Positions 57,442 through 64,000 of a DNA stretch of 64,000 nt are shown in pieces. Origin of the DNA: Spirochaetales bacterium Spiro_12 (GTDB lineage: Bacteria; Spirochaetota; Spirochaetia; Treponematales; Rectinemataceae). Both the position numbers and the translations under genes were made by a program. The stretch covers positions 181 through 64,180 of the forward strand of contig LVBN01000080.1 of assembly GCA_001603165.1 (NCBI GenBank), written 5' to 3'. Every line of letters starts with the position of its first letter. Positions within the stretch are counted from its first letter, which is position 1. The notes below the pieces were generated by a model, which was not told the DNA's origin, searched no databases, and saw only the letters and a list, made by a program, of their open reading frames with translations.

Positions 57442-57789
57442 ATGGACGACATGAAGGACGTTGTTACTTCGGCATGCAGAGAGGAACTTCTAGAACCGTT
57501 TTCAGCAAAGTTCAAAGCCGTCGGGCACCCCGTTCGCCTGAAGATTCTCTGCCTAATCGAACATCAGGATGTTCCCTGCGTGGGAGACCTCTGGCGCTGT
57601 CTCAACCAACCTCAGCCGGTTGTCAGCCAGCATCTGGCCATCCTCAAAAAGACGGGAATAGTTTCTTCCGAGGTTCACAAGACGAGAAGGGTGTATTCGA
57701 TTATAGATCCCTTTATCAAGGAACTGATCAACTCCATTATCTGCAAAATCAATGAAGAGCCCCCGCTTTCGCAGGCCGAAAGTCGATAG
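57442..57789 (+). CDS. ArsR/SmtB-family winged-helix transcriptional regulator
   Basis: FKAVGHPVRLKILCLI..VGDLWRCLNQPQPVVSQHLAILKKTGIV HTH core. ATG 57442 has an AGGGA SD; ORF-track ATG 57412 lacks one. Confidence 0.85.
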   Translation: MDDMKDVVTSACREELLEPFSAKFKAVGHPVRLKILCLIEHQDVPCVGDLWRCLNQPQPVVSQHLAILKKTGIVSSEVHKTRRVYSIIDPFIKELINSIICKINEEPPLSQAESR

Positions 57790-57801
57790 CCGGAAAACAA
57801 T

Positions 57802-58890
57802 CTAGCGTTTCGACCGCTCCTCGTTGATTAGTTCGTTCAAGGCTTCCTCGAAGACCTGATCCGCCAGGCCCATTCTTTCCCGGGCGACAATACCGCCCCT
57901 GCGGAATATCAACACCGAGTCACCCGCTCCAGTTATGCCCAGATCGGCCCTCCGGGCCTCGCCGGGTCCGTTGACCACGCAGCCCATGACGGCGATCTCC
58001 AAGGGTAGATCGATGGCGTACAGCCTGTCGCTCCATCGGTTCAAAAAGTCGTGGGTGTCGAAGGAGGCTCTGCCGCAACGCGGGCAGGATACGATCCGCA
58101 CTCCCCTGGCGGTGGCGCCGGCGCAAGCCAGAATCTCCCGCGCGGCCAGGACTTCGGCTTCCATGGAATCGGAAAGCGACACCCTGAGGGTCGCGCCGAT
58201 ATGGTCTTTGAGCAGAGGAACGATGGCGGCGGTGTTGCGGACGACGCCGCTGATCAAGGGGCCGGCCTCGGTGACTCCAAGATGCAGAGGATGGGGGTAT
58301 CGGGCGGCAAAAATCCTGTTGGCCCGCTCCACCTCCGCAGGATCGTTGAGCTTCATCGAGACGACAATATCTGAAAAGCCGAGTTCCTCGAAATAACCGA
58401 TCTCCCGCTCCGCCGCTGTTACACAGGCTTGGGCGATATCCTCGGCGTCCCTGAGGTCCTCGGGCAGAGAACCGGAGTTAACTCCTATGCGCAGGGCTAT
58501 GCCATGCTCCCTCGCCTTGGCCGCCACCTCCCTAACCTTCCAGCGAGCTCCGATATTGCCTGGGTTTATCCGTATCTTGGCGATCGGGTAATCCATGCAT
58601 AGTAGGGCCAGACGCCAGTCGAAGTGGATATCGGCCACAAGTGGAAGGGGGCTTAGTCCGGAAAGGATTCCGAGGGCGCGCGCCTGGGTTTCGTCGGGCA
58701 CGGCGAAGCGGAGCAGCTGACAGCCGATGGACTCGAGTCTGCGTATTTCGGCGACCAGCGATCCCAGGGCGGGTTCCGCTCCTGTTTCCAGAAGCGGCAG
58801 GGGAGATTTCCACATGGTTTGGATGGAAACCGGCCAATCCCCGCCCATGAACAGGGATCCGACCTTGACACTGCGCCGCTCTGGGCTCAT
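57802..58890 (-). CDS. ispG: 4-hydroxy-3-methylbut-2-en-1-yl diphosphate synthase (IspG/GcpE)
   Basis: TIM-barrel N-domain (VSIQTM..LRFAVPD..ADIHFD..KIRINPGNIG) and 4Fe-4S C-domain (SCPRCGR..MGCVVNGPGE). Confidence 0.95.
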   Translation of the reverse strand: MSPERRSVKVGSLFMGGDWPVSIQTMWKSPLPLLETGAEPALGSLVAEIRRLESIGCQLLRFAVPDETQARALGILSGLSPLPLVADIHFDWRLALLCMDYPIAKIRINPGNIGARWKVREVAAKAREHGIALRIGVNSGSLPEDLRDAEDIAQACVTAAEREIGYFEELGFSDIVVSMKLNDPAEVERANRIFAARYPHPLHLGVTEAGPLISGVVRNTAAIVPLLKDHIGATLRVSLSDSMEAEVLAAREILACAGATARGVRIVSCPRCGRASFDTHDFLNRWSDRLYAIDLPLEIAVMGCVVNGPGEARRADLGITGAGDSVLIFRRGGIVARERMGLADQVFEEALNELINEERSKR

Positions 58891-58922
58891 TTGCCCGTCC
58901 GGAACCTAATGCCCGTACCTTC

Positions 58923-59345
58923 TCAGACCGCGCCGAAAAGGAAGGCGAGCACGAAGAGGGCTATGGTTTCACAAAGCCCCACGACGATAAGGTAGTTGGA
59001 ATAGCCCTTGCCGGTTTCGGTAAAGGCGTCGCATCCCGCAGCCGCGGCCTTACCCTGGGCGTAGGCCGACATTCCTATCGCGAGCCCCCCGGCGATACCG
59101 GCGGCAAGCACGAAAAAGGGGTCGACCGTGGAAGCGATCATTCTGCTCATGAGAATGAAACCGTAGATGGTCTGAGTGAGGGGGGCTCCCGCAAAGGCGA
59201 CCAAGAGAAAGGAAGCGGGCTTGTTGGTCATGTAGGAATGCTTCCAGGCTCCGATTGCCGCCTGGCCGGCGATACCGGCGCCGACCGCAGAACCTGTAGC
59301 CGCGAACCCCAGGGCGCAGGCCGCGCCGATCATGGCAAAATTCAT
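58923..59345 (-). CDS. atpK: V-type ATP synthase subunit K (proteolipid)
   Basis: Start trimmed to ATG 59345 (AGGAG SD). Gly/Ala-rich hairpins GSAVGAGIAGQAAIG and conserved Glu context LCETIALFVL. Confidence 0.88.
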   Translation of the reverse strand: MNFAMIGAACALGFAATGSAVGAGIAGQAAIGAWKHSYMTNKPASFLLVAFAGAPLTQTIYGFILMSRMIASTVDPFFVLAAGIAGGLAIGMSAYAQGKAAAAGCDAFTETGKGYSNYLIVVGLCETIALFVLAFLFGAV

Positions 59346-59349
59346 ACTC

Positions 59350-61200
59350 TCACTCCTGTGTATCAGTTTCTCCGGGAATTTCCCGTAAGGGGTCGTAGGC
59401 GTAGCCCGACCACTCCATCCCGAGATGACTGGAAAACTCCAGCATATTAAGCCGCACCCCATGCACGAGCACGGAGAGGACTGTCATGAGGAAATTGAGC
59501 CCGTGCCCGGCGAGGATCAGGCCGAGGGCGGCGACGAGGCCCACCACGAAAGCGATTATCCTGCCTGCGGGATCTCCGACGAGATTGGCCACCATTCCGT
59601 TGACGGTCTGGGAAATGGCCACACCCGCCAGGGAAACGGCCCAAAGGCGAATATACGACACTATATCGGCAAAAACGCTCACAGTCCCCAAGAAGGTTGG
59701 AATAATTCCCTTCACCCCCTCCAGAAGACTTGAGAAGAATTTACCGTTCCAGGCTCCAAAGGAGAGCACCGCCAGAAAACCTCCCCCGATCAAGCCCAGG
59801 GCAAGGCTTGTGAGGGGAAAACGCGAAGCGTCCACCACCAGGTTCAGCACCGCGTTGAACATGCCTATGACCAGGGCGAGGGAGCCCAGCTGGGCGATGA
59901 ACTTGGGATTGGGGAAATCCCGCCTTATGTTCTTGATATGGGCAATACTCAACTGCAGGGCCCCGATTATAAAGCAAAAAATCTTTATGTTCGTGCCCGA
60001 CCCGGGATTGTCGGCGGAAAAGGCGGGAATTATTCCCAATCTGAGAAAGCCCGGCAGGCTTTTTACCGGCAGGGCGAACCAGCTGCCGGTGAGCAGGCCC
60101 CAGAGCATGGTCGACGCGGAAAGAACAAAAAGAAGCCGCGTAAAGTCCGGGATCTTCCTCCCCCTGCGGCGGGCGGAAAGAGCGGCCAGGACGGCTCCCG
60201 CGAACATGAGGAAGCCGTAGCCGCCGTCGCCGAAAATCATGGCGAAGAAGAGGGAGAAGAAAACGAGAAAGGAGGGGGAGATATCGTATTCTCTATAGCC
60301 CGGCACGGTGCCGAGAAAGTCGAAAACGGGCTGGATGATCCGTATCGCAGGCGGATTCTCGATTTTCGTGGGAGGCAGCTCCTCAACCGATGGCTCGTCC
60401 AGCAAGAGGGCCCAACCGCGGGCGGAAGCCTCCGATCTGAGAAGATCAGCTTCCGAAGCGGGGACAAAACCGGAAAAATAGCAAAGTTCTTCCCGGGCTG
60501 GCATGCCCGAGCAAAGGCGCTCGATCGCGAGGGCGGCCTCAAGTCTTCGGATTTCCTTATCGATCGCCGGAAGTTCCGCCGTTTGGGAGGCGAGTTCGGC
60601 TTGAAGCTGCCCGACATCCCCCTCTCCGCGCTCTATTTCCTTTTTCAGCAATGATAAACGAATTTCAGGCTGGCGCAGTTCTTCCCAACCTTCGGGCAGC
60701 CCGGCTTCGCCGATAACTATGCGGCGCAGTTTCTTTTTAGGTGCCGGAAGACTTATGTATTGCAAGGCCTCGTCGAAGTCGACCGACGTACCGACACTTC
60801 CCTCCGCCAGGCGCAGCCTCAGCCCCGAAGCGAGGAGGTTCTTGAACAATTCTGGATCGAAATCCCCCCAGGAGGCTATTCGCTCCGCTTCCTTGCGCCG
60901 GGCCGCGAGCCTGTCCTTTCGAGACTGGATTTCCGAGTGCCGTCTAACTATCTGATCTATGCGCAGGGCAATGGTTCCGTCGCCCGGAGCGGCGGGCTTT
61001 ACCTTTTTATCCTTGCTGGAAACGAGTATCGATTTCGCCGCAGAGGCTTTTTTCAGCTCGGCTTCCAAGGCCGCGCAGCTTTCCCCCGAGGCCTGGAAAC
61101 GCTCCACATGGGCTATACCCAGCTTTCGAAGCTGCAGGGGGGCTTTGAACCTATCCTTATCCAAAATGACAAGGACGAATTTCTTCATAGGAGCTATCAT
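59350..61200 (-). CDS. atpI: V-type ATP synthase subunit I
   Basis: 616 aa. Cytoplasmic coiled-coil N-half, polytopic C-half with the conserved Arg context SYIRLWAVSLAG. ATGA overlap with the subunit D stop. Confidence 0.9.
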   Translation of the reverse strand: MIAPMKKFVLVILDKDRFKAPLQLRKLGIAHVERFQASGESCAALEAELKKASAAKSILVSSKDKKVKPAAPGDGTIALRIDQIVRRHSEIQSRKDRLAARRKEAERIASWGDFDPELFKNLLASGLRLRLAEGSVGTSVDFDEALQYISLPAPKKKLRRIVIGEAGLPEGWEELRQPEIRLSLLKKEIERGEGDVGQLQAELASQTAELPAIDKEIRRLEAALAIERLCSGMPAREELCYFSGFVPASEADLLRSEASARGWALLLDEPSVEELPPTKIENPPAIRIIQPVFDFLGTVPGYREYDISPSFLVFFSLFFAMIFGDGGYGFLMFAGAVLAALSARRRGRKIPDFTRLLFVLSASTMLWGLLTGSWFALPVKSLPGFLRLGIIPAFSADNPGSGTNIKIFCFIIGALQLSIAHIKNIRRDFPNPKFIAQLGSLALVIGMFNAVLNLVVDASRFPLTSLALGLIGGGFLAVLSFGAWNGKFFSSLLEGVKGIIPTFLGTVSVFADIVSYIRLWAVSLAGVAISQTVNGMVANLVGDPAGRIIAFVVGLVAALGLILAGHGLNFLMTVLSVLVHGVRLNMLEFSSHLGMEWSGYAYDPLREIPGETDTQE

Positions 61201-61811
61201 GCCTTCTGCTCCTCGACCTTGCGTTTGGACATCTTGCCCCGCACCACCTGGGCAGTCTGCTGGTCTCCCAGATAGATGCCGATTCGCTTGATCGCCATCC
61301 TGGTCTGGGGGATTTTTACCTTCTCGAAAAGATTGACCCGCTGGGTGGTGATTCTGAGTTCATTGCTCAGCAGGTCCCTTTCCCTTTGGACTACGCTGTG
61401 CTCGGCATGGACCGAGAGGATCCGCTTCATCGCATCGATGGCCTTGTCTATCCAGAGAGGCCGGAAGTAGCGGTCATAGTCCGCCACTTCGAACTCAAGC
61501 GCTTCAAAACTTGGTATAACGACGCCGGCGATATTGCTGTCCGAACTTTTCAGGGTTTTTATTCGAAGAAGGGGCTTCCCCTCCCCTCCCCTGAACTGCG
61601 ATTCCTCGGCGAAGACCGCGATCCAGGGCGCCATCTCGGCCTCGAGGCTGAGGATGCTCGCCTTGAGTTGGGTCAGCCGGGCTTCCACAGCCCTGATCTC
61701 CATCTGCAGCTGCTGCTTTTTAAGTTGAAGCGTGGGCAGATAGCGGGTATACATCTTGAGGGAATCTTTAAGCTTTTTTTGCTCGTTTTTCGTAAGCTTT
61801 ATCTTTGCCAT
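61197..61811 (-). CDS. atpD: V-type ATP synthase subunit D
   Basis: Start trimmed to ATG 61811 (GGAG SD). MAKIKLTKNEQKKLKDSLKMYTRYLPTLQLKKQQL is typical of V/A-type D. Confidence 0.92.
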   Translation of the reverse strand: MAKIKLTKNEQKKLKDSLKMYTRYLPTLQLKKQQLQMEIRAVEARLTQLKASILSLEAEMAPWIAVFAEESQFRGGEGKPLLRIKTLKSSDSNIAGVVIPSFEALEFEVADYDRYFRPLWIDKAIDAMKRILSVHAEHSVVQRERDLLSNELRITTQRVNLFEKVKIPQTRMAIKRIGIYLGDQQTAQVVRGKMSKRKVEEQKA

Positions 61812-61840
61812 TGCCTTATCTCCGACTCCCCCTCCCCATC

Positions 61841-63163
61841 TTACCCGGCGGCCGCTTCGGTTTGAACCATGCCCTTGGGCCAAAATTTCTGGATGAGCTC
61901 GCTTCTAAGCCCCGTTTCCCTGGGTTCGAAACAGGAGGCCAGGATTTTCCAACCCTCGTCCAGGGCTTTTTCCAAGGATATGTTGACCGAAAGGTCCATC
62001 ATCTTCGATTCGAAGAGTTCGCCGTACTTCAAAAGTTTTCTGTCCCATGCCGACATCTGGAATCCCATGGATTTTTTCTCCAGGGTATCGCGATAGGAGG
62101 AGAAAAGCTTGATCATGCCGTCCATGATCGCCCGATGATCCTCCCGGGTCTTGCCGTTGACCAGCTGCTTGAGCCTGGACAGAGAGCCGAATGGTTCAAT
62201 CCTGCCGCCGTGGAGATAGAACTGTCCCTCGGTGATGTATCCAGTATTGTCAGGTATGGGATGAGTTACGTCGTCGCCGGGCATCGTGGTAACCGCCAGG
62301 GTGGTGATGGAACCGGCGCCGTCGAAATCCACGGCTTTTTCGTAGCGCGAAGCCAGTTGCGAGTAAAGATCGCCCGGATATCCACGGTTGGAGGGAACCT
62401 GTTCCTGGGTTATGGATATTTCTTTCAAGGCATCGGCAAAGTTGGTCATGTCCGTGAGGAGGACCAGTACGTTGCGACCCTTGAGGGCAAAGCGTTCGGC
62501 CACCGCCAGGGCGAGGTCGGGCACCTGGAGGCATTCCACAACGGGGTCGGCGGCGGTGTGGACGAACATGATCGTCTTCGCCAGGGAGCCCCCTTCTTCG
62601 AGGCTGTCCTTGAAGAAAAGGTAATCGTCGTACTTGAGCCCCATGCCGCCCAGGATTATCAGGTCCACTTCGGCCTGCATGGCTATCCTGGCCAAGAGCT
62701 GGTTATAGGGCTCGCCGGAGACGGAAAAAATGGGGAGTTTTTGGCTTTTCACCAGGGTGTTGAAAAGGTCGATCATGGGAATGCCGGTGCGGATCATCTC
62801 CCTCGGGATTATGCGCTTATAGGGATTGACCGAAGGACCTCCGATCGCTATGAGGTTGTCCGTAAGCCCGGGTCCTCCGTCCCTGGGGCTTCCTGCCCCG
62901 TCGAAAATCCTTCCCAGAAGGTTGTCAGAAAAGCTGACTTGCATGGGATGGCCCAGAAAGCGGACCTCGTCGCCGGTGGAAATGCCCCGGCTTCCGGCGA
63001 AAACCTGGAGATACACGAGTTCCTTGTCCAGGCGTATGGTCTCGGCGAGGGAGACGCCGTATCGGCTTGTCACTTCGGCCAGCTCGCCATAGGCCACGCC
63101 TTCGGCCCGGACGGAAATAACGTTGCCTACGATGGATTCGATATGGGAATAGAGCTTATTCAT
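61841..63163 (-). CDS. atpB: V-type ATP synthase subunit B
   Basis: 440 aa. [28 protein letters not shown] and [18 protein letters not shown] match V/A-type B. Confidence 0.97.
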   Translation of the reverse strand: MNKLYSHIESIVGNVISVRAEGVAYGELAEVTSRYGVSLAETIRLDKELVYLQVFAGSRGISTGDEVRFLGHPMQVSFSDNLLGRIFDGAGSPRDGGPGLTDNLIAIGGPSVNPYKRIIPREMIRTGIPMIDLFNTLVKSQKLPIFSVSGEPYNQLLARIAMQAEVDLIILGGMGLKYDDYLFFKDSLEEGGSLAKTIMFVHTAADPVVECLQVPDLALAVAERFALKGRNVLVLLTDMTNFADALKEISITQEQVPSNRGYPGDLYSQLASRYEKAVDFDGAGSITTLAVTTMPGDDVTHPIPDNTGYITEGQFYLHGGRIEPFGSLSRLKQLVNGKTREDHRAIMDGMIKLFSSYRDTLEKKSMGFQMSAWDRKLLKYGELFESKMMDLSVNISLEKALDEGWKILASCFEPRETGLRSELIQKFWPKGMVQTEAAAG

Positions 63164-63166
63164 CCT

Positions 63167-64000
63167 TTACTCCAGCCTGAGCAGCATGTTTTTAGCCTCG
63201 GATCCGTAGCGGGGATTTCGAGCGGCCAGCGTTTCCCGGATTGTCTTTAGCGAGGACTGGTAGAGATCACCGTCTTCGGCCGCCCCGTTGAGGTCCAGGA
63301 AGGACTGCCGCAACTCGTAGAACCAGCCTCGAGCATCGTCCTTATCCTTAAGGGCGAGGTCGGCTCCCAGAATCTCCAGCACCAGATGGAACATGGTTTT
63401 TTGTCTTTCCGGCGAGACCGATGCGTCCACAGGGTCGAAGGAGTTTTGCTGGAGATAGACGGCGTCGAGGAACTCACCCTTAAGATAGAGTATATAGTCT
63501 TCCAGGCTCGTACCTTCTTCCCCCACCACCTTCATCATAGCCTCGACCTCGGAACTTCGCTCGAGGAAGGAGTGGGCGTAGGCGACCACTTCCTTGGGCA
63601 TGATGCCCGGGTATTTCGACCAGGAATCCAGGGGATGGATCGCGGGATATTTACGGGCGTCCGAACGTTCCCGGGAGAGTCCGTGGAAAGCTCCCACGAC
63701 TTTCAGCGTCGCCTGGGTGACCGGCTCCTCGAAGTTTCCCCCGGCGGGAGAAACGGTGCCGCCGATGGTGACGGAACCGTATGAACCGTCGGCGAGCCGC
63801 ACGATGCCCGCCCTCTCGTAGAAGGCGGCGATGACCGATTCGAGATAGGCCGGGAAGGCCTCCTCGCCGGGGATTTCCTCCAGGCGACCCGACATTTCGC
63901 GCATCGCCTGAGCCCAGCGACTGGTCGAATCGGCCAGCAGCAGCACATCGAGACCCATCTGCCTGTAATACTCGGCTATGGTAACCGCGGTGTACACCGA
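63167..64000 (-). CDS. atpA: V-type ATP synthase subunit A, C-terminal part (5' end lies beyond the window)
   Basis: The frame is open to the window edge. TIAEYYRQMGLDVLLLADSTSRWAQAMREMSGRLEEIPGEEAFPAYL is the catalytic A-subunit core. Confidence 0.96.
   Translation of the reverse strand, partial: SVYTAVTIAEYYRQMGLDVLLLADSTSRWAQAMREMSGRLEEIPGEEAFPAYLESVIAAFYERAGIVRLADGSYGSVTIGGTVSPAGGNFEEPVTQATLKVVGAFHGLSRERSDARKYPAIHPLDSWSKYPGIMPKEVVAYAHSFLERSSEVEAMMKVVGEEGTSLEDYILYLKGEFLDAVYLQQNSFDPVDASVSPERQKTMFHLVLEILGADLALKDKDDARGWFYELRQSFLDLNGAAEDGDLYQSSLKTIRETLAARNPRYGSEAKNMLLRLE

Noticed and set aside
57757-57785. CTTTCG-caggc-CGAAAG hairpin at the end of the ArsR-family gene as a terminator.
   Set aside because: It lies within the coding sequence, has only a 6-bp stem, and has no U tract. 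It is probably incidental.

Overview
GC-rich (by eye roughly 55-60%, not computed), very tightly packed chromosomal core segment with about 52 protein genes and one tRNA-Gln(UUG). I saw no rRNA, CRISPR array, transposase, integrase or phage genes. Most of it is housekeeping operons. Plus strand: maf; rpsB-tsf-frr-uppS-cdsA-dxr-rseP (no pyrH); hisS-trmB; xseA-xseB; secA, then an NFACT/RqcH-like gene and a 3-gene ABC importer; a NusG-like gene heading an XDH-family gene set plus a methylase. Minus strand: rpsF-ssb-rpsR-DUF2232-rplI-dnaB; a DEAH helicase; an Nnr-Nudix ORF; tilS-ftsH-S1C protease-hybrid kinase; ispE-spoVG-tRNAGln-rplY; rplU-rpmA, then obg-nadD-yqeK-LCP-rsfS; argS; ligA; mfd; ispG; V-type ATPase A(partial)-B-D-I-K. 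Gene content and order (V-type ATPase, spoVG, tsf-frr without pyrH, many lipobox proteins) suggest a spirochaete-like bacterium; this is inference only. No clear mobile or defence island is present. The points most worth a second look are: (1) a NusG-family gene heading a translationally coupled XDH-like Mo/FeS/FAD gene set whose Mo subunit lacks family hallmark motifs and lacks a normal start, followed by an RsmI-like methylase; (2) an NAD(P)HX-repair ORF that reads in frame into a Nudix hydrolase, where the junction looks like a 1-nt indel that fused two coupled genes; (3) a stand-alone hyper-acidic D/E/F-repeat protein gene with its own promoter, SD and terminator; (4) a recurrent leaderless-type promoter geometry at several operon heads, which changes several ORF-track start codons. 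All motif coordinates were hand-counted and may be off by 1-2 nt. No database search or computation was possible.
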